DNA of 34,964 nucleotides from Octopus bimaculoides (taxonomy: Eukaryota), in the NCBI RefSeq assembly GCF_001194135.2, contig NC_068995.1, positions 15,520,875 to 15,555,838 of the forward strand, read 5' to 3'. Under the pieces are notes generated by a model. It saw nothing but the letters and a program-made list of their open reading frames with translations. It was not told the origin of the DNA and searched no databases. This document shows, one piece after another, positions 22,578 to 33,467 of the stretch. The position numbers and the translations under genes are program-made. Within the stretch, counting starts at the first letter, position 1, and the number at the start of each line of letters is the position of its first letter.

Positions 22578-23535
22578 TAAACCAGAGACGCACCCATCAG
22601 TGGCTACGGAGCTCAGGGTTAAAGACAGAAAGTGAAGGCTTTATCTTGGTTGCCCAAGATCAGAGCTTATTGATCCGGAACTATCAAGCAAATGTGAGGG
22701 AAAATAGTGTAGACCCAAAATGCCGATACTGCAACGATGGGATAGAAACAGTGGACCACCTAATCTCTGGATGTAAGGTTTTAGCATCTGTAGAATATAA
22801 ATCAAGACATGACAGAGTTAGCCAATATCTAAATTGGATAATGTGTCAGCATTATAAAATTAAAACTGCTGACAAATAGTACAAGCACCACACTGACGCT
22901 GTAACTGACGGAGAAAATGTAACTATTCTTTGGAACTTCCCAGTATGTACAAACCGGACTATCAAAACAAATAAACCAGATATTGTTGTGAAAGACCAAA
23001 ACAATAAAGCCTGTTTATTGATTGACATGAGCATACCTTGTGATCATAATATCTCAGCAAAAGAATTTGATGAGCTCAGAAAATATATTTTGCTAATCGA
23101 AATCGAAAAGATGTGACATCCCAAGACGGTTACAATACCAGTGATTGTAGGAGCACTTGGAATCATCAAAAAAGGAACTGAAAATTATTTAAGAATGACC
23201 CCTGACTTACCATCCATGCGAGAAGTGCTAAAAATTGTCTTAACTGGTACATCACACGTATTGAGAAGAGCATTGTCGCTGTGATTTTCTTTCCTTTTGC
23301 CCCCACCCACTTAATTTTATCTGTTTAGGTCTTTTAGTTTTTCCTTTTTCTCTCTGTCTTCCTCTTTTTCTCTATCACATGACTTTGTAAAGGAACAATC
23401 TGGTGTGTTTATTTTAATGGCCTACCAATATATACAGTACGGTTCTCTACTCTAGGTGACAGGAAGACACTCGGCAAGAAATGGAAACAGAATTGAAAGA
23501 AGATGCTAATGAAAATAATAACAACAACAACAATT
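22577..23535 (+). mobile_element. 5'-truncated R4/Dong-clade non-LTR retrotransposon: CCHC knuckle, RLE endonuclease, 3' UTR and AAT/AAC tail
   Basis: Single frame 22577-23284: THQWLRSSGLK.E.EGFI..AQDQSL..RNYQ..; CRYCNDGIETVDHLISGC (CCHC); SRHDRV; ILWNFPV..NKPDIVVKDQNNKACLLIDMSIP (PD..D); VIVGALG..; VLTGTSHVLRRAL*. Only two internal stops (22877-79, 23114-16), both at expected Trp codons. Downstream sequence ends in aataataacaacaacaac. Confidence 0.92.
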
Positions 23536-23550
23536 ATAGTTGTTGTAGTA

Positions 23551-23772
23551 GTTTCAAATTTTGGCACAAGGTTAGCAGTTCTTTGGGAGAGTTCAAGTCG
23601 ATTGCATCGATCCTAGAACTTGGCTGGTACTTTATTTTTATCAACTCCAAAAGGACGAAACGCAAATTTGGCCTCACCTAAGCGAGATTTGATCACAGAG
23701 CGTAAGCAGCCGGAAGAAACGTCGCAAAGCAATTTTCCCGACGCGCTAACAATTCTGTTAGCTTGCTGCCTT
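23551..23772 (-). mobile_element. SINE family A (A1), diverged
   Basis: Plus text: gtttcaaattttggcacaagg..gtcgattgcatcgat..ctggtacttt..aaaggacgaaacgcaaa..cgcgctaacaattctgttagcttgctgcctt. Confidence 0.85.
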
Positions 23773-24289
23773 GACGGTAATGATAATGATAGAAATGATA
23801 TATATGATATACAAGCTGATATCGATCATTACCGACCATAACTTCTTATGCAGTTATTCAACCTTTTCTGTATCCACTTCTAATAAGCCAATCAAGATTT
23901 TGCTGTTTCCAATGTTTTCTTCACCTTGCTGGAGACTTGGGTTGGTATTTGTAGCAGGTCGAATAGTCACGCAGAGTCTTCTCGTTCACTCATTGCATTG
24001 TACTGTAGTATAGCGCAATGTGTCTGTGCTGCTTAGTTGCAGGCCAACCGTATTATCAAAGTATTCCAGCTGTGACTTAGCCATTTTTTGCAACATTTGT
24101 CAGCTGATTTATAGCGCAGCTCTTGCCAATTGGCACCCAAAAAATTGCAACTCTGTTTGATGCTAGAAGAATCATGTATCGAGAATTTGATTTGAATGAA
24201 GCGAATTTTCATATTTTGATTTAAGAAAAATTTTAGCGTTTGCGCTGTTTAGTTTCAGTCAATATTTCCTACAGCATAATAACTTATGA

Positions 24290-24378
24290 GACTCTGTCTG
24301 TCTATCTGTCTGTCTGCCTGCCTGTATGTATGTATGTATGTATGTATGTATGTATGTATGTATGTATGTATGTATGCA
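24290..24378 (+). repeat. (TCTG)n/(TATG)n microsatellite
   Basis: Direct reading. Confidence 0.95.
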
Positions 24379-24564
24379 TGATGGTTCGTTTTCTTTTAAT
24401 TTAGAATAAATTTTCAACTGCCACTTACTTGGTAGCATAATTGCGAAGGAAAATGTCTTGTTTTAACCACCATTCTTTAAATCTTACGGAGGTGTTGCGG
24501 ATTTTAATACTCCCAGATATCGTGATCAATTGTAGTGCATGAATTAAGGCTTCCCATTCTCTCC

Positions 24565-24790
24565 CCATGTGTGTATTTATGTATGTATGTATGTATGTGT
24601 TTGTGTGTACATATGCGTGTGTGCATATATATGTGCGTATATATATATGTGTGCTTATATATCGATATTGATATACCTATGTACATGTGTATGTGTATGC
24701 AGCATATATACATACATACACATTTTTACACATACCTATTGAAGTGTATATATATATACATGTATATATATGTATGTGTATATATATATG
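24565..24790 (+). repeat. Degenerate TG/TA low-complexity tract
   Basis: Direct reading. Confidence 0.9.
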
Positions 24791-24982
24791 CTCTTTGCTC
24801 TTTTACTCGTTTCAGTCATTTGACTACGGCCATGCTGGAGCACCGCCTTTATAGTCGAGCAAATCGACACCACAGCTTATTCTTTGTAAGCCTAGTACTC
24901 ATTCTACTTGTCTCTTTTGCCGAACTGCTAAGTTACGGGGACGTAAACACACCAGCATCGGTTGTCAAGCGAAGATGGGGGA

Positions 24983-25016
<34 letters not shown>
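24791..25016 (-). mobile_element. SINE family B, 3' half running into (CA)n and an assembly gap
   Basis: ttttactcgtttcagtcatttgactacggccatgctggagcaccgccttt..ggggacgtaaacacaccagcatcggttgtcaagcg..gggggacaaacacac. Confidence 0.93.
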
Positions 25017-25756
25017 NNNNNNNNNNNNNNNNNNNNNNNNNNNNNNNNNNNNNNNNNNNNNNNNNNNNNNNNNNNNNNNNNNNNNNNNNNNNNNNNNNNN
25101 NNNNNNNNNNNNNNNNNNNNNNNNNNNNNNNNNNNNNNNNNNNNNNNNNNNNNNNNNNNNNNNNNNNNNNNNNNNNNNNNNNNNNNNNNNNNNNNNNNNN
25201 NNNNNNNNNNNNNNNNNNNNNNNNNNNNNNNNNNNNNNNNNNNNNNNNNNNNNNNNNNNNNNNNNNNNNNNNNNNNNNNNNNNNNNNNNNNNNNNNNNNN
25301 NNNNNNNNNNNNNNNNNNNNNNNNNNNNNNNNNNNNNNNNNNNNNNNNNNNNNNNNNNNNNNNNNNNNNNNNNNNNNNNNNNNNNNNNNNNNNNNNNNNN
25401 NNNNNNNNNNNNNNNNNNNNNNNNNNNNNNNNNNNNNNNNNNNNNNNNNNNNNNNNNNNNNNNNNNNNNNNNNNNNNNNNNNNNNNNNNNNNNNNNNNNN
25501 NNNNNNNNNNNNNNNNNNNNNNNNNNNNNNNNNNNNNNNNNNNNNNNNNNNNNNNNNNNNNNNNNNNNNNNNNNNNNNNNNNNNNNNNNNNNNNNNNNNN
25601 NNNNNNNNNNNNNNNNNNNNNNNNNNNNNNNNNNNNNNNNNNNNNNNNNNNNNNNNNNNNNNNNNNNNNNNNNNNNNNNNNNNNNNNNNNNNNNNNNNNN
25701 NNNNNNNNNNNNNNNNNNNNNNNNNNNNNNNNNNNNNNNNNNNNNNNNNNNNNNNN

Positions 25757-25804
<48 letters not shown>

Positions 25805-26374
25805 GGAGCAAAACGCATGTCAATAAAAGTTCCTTTAATTCCTACACATGTTTCAAAATAAATGAGAGCCCTTTCACAAAGGAGAAAGAGCATATATATA
25901 ATATGTATGTATACTTACACTTACAGATACCAATCTCTTAATCTACCTATATGTTTACACGTACTGATATTTATTACAGACAGGATGATGATGATGTTAT
26001 CTCTCAGAGTTGAATTTAATTGAAATTTGATATTATCTATGTATATCTATGTAAAATGGCTGCGAAGTCTTATTTTTCATCGTTAACTAAGTTAACAACG
26101 AGGACATGAGAATTGAAGTGCTCCTGGGTCTCAGACTTCTCCTTTCACATCCCATTCTATCAAATTCCTTTCCGACTACCTTCACATAGAAGTCATACCG
26201 AACATGATGTTTTGTCCTTCAGGGTGGAAAATTGATTACATTAACATTTTTCGTCTTGAACAGACGAAAAAAAAAAAAAAAGATCTACAATAAAGTTTTT
26301 GAAATTCGCTTAATTTAATTTCTTGACGTCTGACTGGAAGTGTTTCTTCTTGAAGATGCAACTATCTTTGGCTG

Positions 26375-26520
26375 TCTATGACCCCCCACATCCTTTTAAA
26401 CGGAACTCCAGTCCGTCGCAGTGTTACTCGTTGGACAGGGACAAGGCAACGCACCGCCGGTCTAGGAATCGGAACCATGATCTTGTGATCGCAAGGGCAG
26501 TTCACTAAACACACGCCTTG
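26375..26520 (-). mobile_element. SINE family E remnant with internal deletion
   Basis: aacggaactccagtccgtcgcagtgttactc..ggtctaggaatcggaaccatgatcttgtgatcgc..cactaaacacacgcc. Confidence 0.7.
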
Positions 26521-27007
26521 ACTCACACACTCACAGCACGCACACGCGCTAGGCTACACACCTTTACTTACAAAGAGACAGACAGACAAACAAACAGATA
26601 CACACATATGGACAAATACGCAAACTCAAACCATTTCAATGTGAATCATTTTCCCCTGATTCCCTTTCTTTAAAAATATATATACAACGATATGTTTTGT
26701 GAGACCAATCATCATACAAACATCCTTTTCTTAAACGGAACAAATCGCTCTGTAAAAGGATTTTAACTGCGAAAACTTCATATTGTTTCACAACTGTCAG
26801 CTTTAGATATTTCTCTCCTAACCACTCCCAAACATCCGGCTGAATGTCGTATCTGTCCTTCTCACGGTTTACATTTCGTAGAACACAAAATAGAATTCCT
26901 TTTATTTTTCTTTTGCTAACAGAGAAAAATACTTATACATGTATAAATATGTTTATATATATGTATGTATAAATATACATACATATATATATACATACAT
27001 ATACATA

Positions 27008-27053
<46 letters not shown>

Positions 27054-27922
27054 NNNNNNNNNNNNNNNNNNNNNNNNNNNNNNNNNNNNNNNNNNNNNNN
27101 NNNNNNNNNNNNNNNNNNNNNNNNNNNNNNNNNNNNNNNNNNNNNNNNNNNNNNNNNNNNNNNNNNNNNNNNNNNNNNNNNNNNNNNNNNNNNNNNNNNN
27201 NNNNNNNNNNNNNNNNNNNNNNNNNNNNNNNNNNNNNNNNNNNNNNNNNNNNNNNNNNNNNNNNNNNNNNNNNNNNNNNNNNNNNNNNNNNNNNNNNNNN
27301 NNNNNNNNNNNNNNNNNNNNNNNNNNNNNNNNNNNNNNNNNNNNNNNNNNNNNNNNNNNNNNNNNNNNNNNNNNNNNNNNNNNNNNNNNNNNNNNNNNNN
27401 NNNNNNNNNNNNNNNNNNNNNNNNNNNNNNNNNNNNNNAACGCCCAAATTATGAAACTGCTTTAGTTTTAGTTGTCTGAGATTTCTTAATCGCAAGTTCT
27501 TAGAATTTATTTCTTTAATGCGCTTTTTTCTCTTCCTTGTCCAACGATTCCTGTTTAATCTATAGCTACTAAAGAAGTTAATTTAAAGCAATATAGAGTA
27601 AATTGCTGGTGCTGTTCCGCCCTTAACTTGGTTATATAGTAAAAAGATTTCCAGCCAAGACAATCTCGTCTTTTTCTTTTGCATATCCTTAACGATATTG
27701 CTCAAGTACACCTCATTTTTTTTAAGATGACAGAGTATATTTTGAGTCGGATCATTCAGGCATATTTTTTAGCAGATTGAACGCTCACATCAAGTTTCCT
27801 TCTCTTCTTAGAAAGGAATTTGTTATACGCAGTTTTTGACTCATTGGATCCATGACAAGATGTCCAACCCATGCCAGCATGGAACATAGATACTAAATAA
27901 TGATGATGATGATGAAGGTGAT

Positions 27923-27973
<51 letters not shown>

Positions 27974-28314
27974 GGTCAACAACCAAGTGAAAACCATATA
28001 AAAGAGTGGTGATTTGAAATCCCACTAGCCTGAAGAAACCATCCAAAGACGAATGGTATATAAAAGTGCAAAAGCCTCAGAATGGCTTAAATGAATAAAA
28101 GAATATATATATATATATATATACATGCACAGACAGACACACACACACTCACACACACACATATATATATGTAATATGTACTATTAGTAAATGAAATGTG
28201 TAATGGTGAATACATATACGTTTGTATATATCTAAGTGTGTGTATGCGTGCGCGTCTTTGAGTTCATATTTACAAAGTCTTCACTCGTGCCCGTTTCTGA
28301 ATATACGCAAAATA

Positions 28315-28353
<39 letters not shown>

Positions 28354-28355
<2 letters not shown>

Positions 28356-28470
28356 CACGTGATCACGCAGTCGGTCAGACTATGAGATGTTATACGTCGT
28401 TGGTCACAATGCGCAATGCGTCGTTTCAGCATTTGAATAATTCTAACTCGCTGGCTAAGCGTGCAGGCCA
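28354..28470. mobile_element. Interspersed repeat H remnant; deleted second copy at ~24005-24052
   Basis: gcgcaatg(c/t)gtc..gct(a/t)ag..tgcaggccaac is shared between the two loci. Confidence 0.45.
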
Positions 28471-28545
28471 ACATTCCCACTGAGTGGAAAGTCAGTCCGT
28501 CATAGGGTGGATGTCCATTTCCTGCTGAGTGAACTGGAGTAACAT
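28468..28545 (-). mobile_element. SINE family E remnant
   Basis: cagtccgtcatagggt..ctgctgagtgaactggagtaac. Confidence 0.6.
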
Positions 28546-28989
28546 CATCTTTCTACTACAACTTATGTCAAACAAGGTGACAGACACGCCACATATCTGG
28601 TTTAATATCATTGTCCCAAATGTTGTAATACCATTGTCCTTCATCGGGTTCTTAGCCGTCGCTTTTGAAAAGACGTCCACGGTTTACTGCCCCAGTAAAT
28701 TGATACAACAAAAACAACAACAACAACGAAAACAACAACGGGGACGCCGGAGTCGACGATGAAGACGTCAACAGCGATGGCGTATAGATAAAAAAATGGC
28801 AGTCGACAGCTGAGGCTACGATACAAACTGGTTACGCCAGAAATATAACACTGCAGAAATAACTTGGACAAGAAAACAAGCATAAAAAAGGACAGTTTCA
28901 GTAAGTATTAAATTTACGATTATTTGCTACAGAATTAATATTGATTTTTCTGTGAGAAAACAAGACTAAAGCTGTTTGCTGAGAGAATT

Positions 28990-29155
28990 GACGATATCGA
29001 CTCCAGTACTTGACTGGTATGCTTTATTGAATTTGAAAGATGAAAGCTAAAGTTGGTCATTGGCAACTTTGAACTCAAAATGTTAATAGACATAAGTAAA
29101 TACCACGAGGTATTTTTGTTCGGTGCTCTACCGATTTCTGTCAGTCCGCCTCCCT
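28990..29155 (-). mobile_element. Old SINE family A-like copy
   Basis: atcgactccagtacttgactggta..gaaagatgaaagctaaagttg..tttgaactcaaaatgt..ggtgctctaccgatttctgtcagtccgcc. Confidence 0.7.
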
Positions 29156-29351
29156 ACAATTTGCGTAATACTGATTTCTAGTATGAGCTTTAGGTAAAAA
29201 AATTTGTGAATAGAATAGTTTGATTAAATAGTTCCCAATTATGATTAATCCATGAAAAGTAATCTCATCTCGTAGAGAGTGAGATTTGAACTCGGAATAG
29301 AAAGAAACACGAGTAAAGTCACTAATGAATATTTTTCGACGTTCTACTTTT

Positions 29352-29566
29352 TTTTTCTACTCCAGGCACAAGGCCCGAAATTTTGGGGGAGGGGGTGCCA
29401 GTCGATTAGATCGACCCCGGTACGTAACTAGTACTTAATTTTTCGACCTCGAAAGGATGAAAGGCAAAGTCGACCTCGGCGGAATTTGAACTCAGAACGT
29501 AAAGACAGACGAAATACCGCTAAGCATTTCGCCCGGCGTGCTAACGTTTCTGCCAGCTCGCCGCCC
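29352..29566 (-). mobile_element. SINE family A (A2), young full-length copy with 17-bp TSD and short A tail
   Basis: Flanked by ttcgacgttctactttt (29335-29351) and ttcgacgttccactttt (29567-29583), 16/17 identical. Confidence 0.95.
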
Positions 29567-29634
29567 TTCGACGTTCCACTTTTGCTGTCATTTTGCTGTC
29601 CTTGTTCATGATGCAATATTTATTTCAGAAATTA

Positions 29635-29850
29635 AAGCGACGAGCTGGTAGAATCATTATCACCCCGGGAAAAAAAATGCTTAGTGGCATTTAGTCCGTC
29701 TGTACATTCAGGTTTCAAATTCCAATGCGGTCGACATTGCCTTTCATCCTTTCGGAGTAGATTAAATAAGTACTAGTTGCGCACTGGGATCGATGTAATC
29801 GATTTATTCCCTCCTCCGAAATTACTGACCGTGTGCCAACATTTTAAACA
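29635..29850 (+). mobile_element. SINE family A (A1), first of a tandem pair
   Basis: Full head-to-tail copy between two identical aatatttatttcagaaatta repeats. Confidence 0.92.
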
Positions 29851-29870
29851 AATATTTATTTCAGAAATTA

Positions 29871-30083
29871 AGGTGGCGAGCTGGCAGAATCGTTAGCACG
29901 CCAGGTAAAATGCTTCGCAGCATTTCGTCCGTCTTTACGTCCTGAGTTCAAATCCTGTCGAGGTCGACTTTGCCTTTCATCCTTTCGGGGTTGATAACAT
30001 AAGTACCAATTGAGCACTGGAGTGGATCTAATCGACTTAGCCCCTTCCTTGAAATTGCTGGCTTTGAGCCAAAATTTGAAATA
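29871..30083 (+). mobile_element. SINE family A (A1), second of a tandem pair
   Basis: aggtggcgagctggcagaatcgttagcacgcc..gagttcaaatcc..ctttcggggttgataacataagtacc..gagccaaaatttgaaa. Confidence 0.93.
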
Positions 30084-30211
30084 AATATATATTTCAGGAA
30101 CTTAGCAGAAAGTCACGGATTCTAGAGGGTACGAACTGTTAATAGTACCGAGCAAGTGCTTGGCTATTACATATGACGTCATACGTTAAAAGATAAACAA
30201 CGAAATCGATC

Positions 30212-30305
30212 TCAGCGTGATTTGAACACTGACCACAAACAAACAATTAAATACATCGAGATATTTGGTCTGACACTGTACCTACTCTTGCCAATCCACA
30301 TCTCT
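30212..30305 (-). mobile_element. Old SINE A-related head remnant
   Basis: gatttgaacactgac..aaatacatcgagatatttggtctgacactgtacctactcttgccaatccac resembles the reverse-complemented A head. Confidence 0.5.
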
Positions 30306-30808
30306 TACTACTGCGGTAATATTATTCACAATCAAGGATGGCAACGCTAAGTACTCTGGGATGCCACTATTGTGAATTCTCTTGCTGCAAGTAATTATTT
30401 TTAATTATGCTGTCCATACGGGTTTTGCTACTTTATCTGCAGAACAAATAAAATCTTTACATATTCAATGTTATCTACCAACTATAAATTATAAATTCAA
30501 TGTTCTGTAAAGTGTAATTAGATAATACATTAGAAAACATTATCAAATGTTTTGTAATGTATAGAAAATGTCTATACATTTAATGTTTTCAGACAATGGC
30601 TTTGGAAACCACTGGTACTTGTGGCTCTTTAACAGAATATCGTGTTTGGCAGACTTAGTGAGGCAACTGGGAAATAGGAAGAAGTCCCAAGGCTCCGTCA
30701 AAGAATTAAACTCGCTACTGAATAGGGCAAAGCTGCCCGAAGCCCCTCTTGTTTTCGCTAATTTGCATTTAACATTTTAAAAAACTAATATTATTTTTAT
30801 TTTTTATT

Positions 30809-31184
30809 CTTTCTACTTGTTTCAGTCACAGGACTGTGGCTGGGGTACACTCTTAAAGGGATTAGTCGAACAAATTGACCCAGGACTTATTTTTCTTTTA
30901 AGCCTAGTACTTACCCTTTTGGTCGCTTTGCCGGACGGCTACCTTGCGGGGACGTAAATACATCAACGCCGGTTATCAAACGGTGGTGTGGACAAGCACA
31001 AACACACACGTATGGATATGTTCATATACGTCGAGATTCTTTCAGTTTCCGTCGACTAAACCCACTCACATGGTTTTAATCAGCCCAAGGCTTTTGTAGA
31101 AGACACTTGCCTGAGTTGCTACTTAGAGGGACTGAACTCGGAACCATGAGGTTGGAAAACAAACTCCTAACCACACAGCCACGC
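30809..31184 (-). mobile_element. Full-length bipartite tRNA-derived SINE family B (head, microsatellite slot, 3' half)
   Basis: Head (plus text: gtagaagacacttgcc..gggactgaactcggaaccatg..ccacacagccacgc), short CA/TA slot at ~30995-31033, 3' half (cttgtttcagtca..aagcctagtactta..ggggacgtaaa). Confidence 0.9.
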
Positions 31185-31430
31185 ATAATTTATACACACC
31201 GAAGAAATATGATGTAATATCCATATACGAATAATACAAACAATGTATACAACACAATCACTGACTATATGTGCATAATTACAAACTCAAATATTAAAAA
31301 CCTATCTAAAAACAACATACAGAAACTGTATTTCATTTGGCAGAAGGCACGTAACAGTATGTGTATTATTAATTTAAAATAGCCTCATTATCTTTATTAT
31401 TCTTTTTATTATTTTTTGAATTCATTATTG

Positions 31431-31637
31431 AGACCGGCGAACGTTAGCACACTGGGCGAAATGCTTAGTGATATTTCGTCTGTCTTTACGTTCTGAGTTC
31501 AGATTATGCCGAGGTCAACTTTGCCTTTCGCCATTTCGGGGTCGATAAATTAAGTACCAGTTACGTACTGGGATCGATCTAATTGACTGCCCCCCCTCCC
31601 CCAAAATTTCGGGGTGGGAGCCTAGAGTAGAAAATAA
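31431..31637 (+). mobile_element. SINE family A (A2)
   Basis: cgttagcacactgggcgaaatgcttag..tttgcctttcgccatttcggggtcgataaattaagtaccag..ccccaaaatttcggg..gcctagagtagaaaa. Confidence 0.9.
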
Positions 31638-32474
31638 TATGTGTATTATTTCAATCTCCTTGAGAATGGTAGCAAATTCGTTTGGGTATGACCTTTCAGT
31701 GTTATATTTCTATGATGAAATCTTGGCGAAACTTGGCCAACTCATCTGGTAAATATTACAGCAAAGCGATAACGATGAGCAATTGATTAGGATTAATTCT
31801 TTAGGAAATTACTATTAAATATAGACCTGTCCCGATTTTTTTCGAAAAATAATGTCTTAATAATTACATGTCAGGAATATTTTGAATATAAGTTAAAACA
31901 GGTTAGAGGAGGCAGTTATAACATTTGCAGTACAACAGTGAAAAATAACGGATCTTGGTTTGCATCAGTTGAGTAGAATTTTTTTTAAATGTATTTTCGA
32001 CTGTGTGCTTTGGTGTTTTATTAAATTAACGAGTTGAATATGTTCAAGCATGTTTTCATATGTAAATTCAAAATATGTACAAGCAAATAATTGACAGTAG
32101 CAAAAAAAAAAAAAAAAAAAAATATTGTAAATAATGTCTGGCTTTAAACTACTAATTCTGTTTAAAGACTTATCGTCGTTTATGATAACCAATAACTGAT
32201 TATATTCTGTCGAAGCTGAACTCCAGGTCACAGCTTGTTAAGAGGAAAACATGTTCGAAATAATACACACTGCCGTGACTATCAGCGAGGGAAGAGGAGC
32301 GAACATATTTTGATTTGCTTAATATAATCGAGAATTTGTTCAGCAGTTTACTAGTTTTTCATTGGCCAAAATGTCTGATTCACTAAATTTTTGATTAGTA
32401 AAAATAACACAAGTGACAGCAGCGAAACTAAAATATCTGCATCTGTTCACTACAGCACCATTTTCTATTCATAA

Positions 32475-32640
32475 TATTCGTTTCAACTTTTGGCATACGG
32501 CCACCAATTTTGTGGCGGGGTGGGGGTGGGGGGTCAATTACATATAACCCAATACTCAACCAGTACTTATTTTATTGACTCCGAAAGGACGAAAGGCAAA
32601 GTCGACCTTGGCAGAATTTGAACTCAGAACATAAAAACTC
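32475..32640 (-). mobile_element. SINE family A (A1), 5'-truncated
   Basis: Plus text: gtttcaacttttggcatacggcc..cagtacttattttattgactccgaaaggacgaaaggcaaagtcgaccttggcagaatttgaactcagaac. Confidence 0.88.
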
Positions 32641-33220
32641 GCGATACGTACGCACACACATAAATGCACTCGTATCACAATACATATACAAACTACACAT
32701 ATAGGTATTACACATCGGTGGTACATGCACACGTTCAGGTGCTTCCCCCCCAACACACGCACACATGCATACACACACTCATACAATCAACTGAATCACT
32801 TACAATACATACAAAGACTCACGCACCCTCGAATGGATCACTCGCAATATGTCATCACAAAGACATTGGTCATCACTCACCATACATATAAACACGTATA
32901 CACACTCACAAATATGCATACACCACATGCTAGTATATAGTAACGTAATACATTCAACTAAACAGAAGCCAATGGCGCCGCTGAGTAACCAACCATTAAG
33001 AAGTTTTGCCCTGATAAGAAAGAAGGGAAGGGCTGACAATTGCCTCTCCATTACAAGAGCAAAAACAAATAAATTGGTAAAGACATGAAGAATGTAGAAG
33101 GTTGATTACATCCCAGTCTATTAGAATTACTTATTTCAAGAACGTTATTGTTGCTACTGCTTTTGTTGTTTAGCCCAAGGTCAACCAGTCTCGACTAGAA
33201 TGAACCACTTTCTAGCTACA

Positions 33221-33270
<50 letters not shown>

Positions 33271-33467
33271 GAAGATTTATACACTGTGTGTGTGTGTGTG
33301 TGTTTGTGTGTGCATGAAAATGCGATAACAAAACAATAAACGATTGTCTTTTGAATTCTATTCTTTTGTCATTTCATTTTCTTATTACCGTTCTACACTC
33401 GTCTAACACTTCGTTTTGAAGTATATGTATATTGAGTATTGCATCAGGTTATTAATCTCGCAATGCC

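Larger units (their letters stand above)
7629..27438. other. Assembly gaps: 7629-7680, 13055-13172, 16861-17337, 20335-20434, 25017-25756, 27054-27438
   Basis: Runs of N; every gap abuts a microsatellite on at least one side. Confidence 0.99.

Noticed and set aside
24535-25941. Long ORFs spanning N runs (also at 12921, 16707, 20307, 26939) and poly-Y/H/L/E ORFs
   Set aside because: Produced by assembly gaps and microsatellites.
28690-28910. CpG-richer segment ending in a strong donor (tttca|gtaagt)
   Set aside because: All three frames are closed before the donor, and the first half is a degenerate AAC/GAC triplet repeat.
32514-32533. G-rich runs as G-quadruplexes (also 20544-20578)
   Set aside because: Only three clean G3+ runs, or one long loop; the first is simply the expanded C-tract of a SINE A copy.
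33385-33467. tacactcgtc.. as the left TIR of the Tc1 element
   Set aside because: No matching inverted copy in the window, and the N-terminal HTH coding region is missing between it and the remnant.
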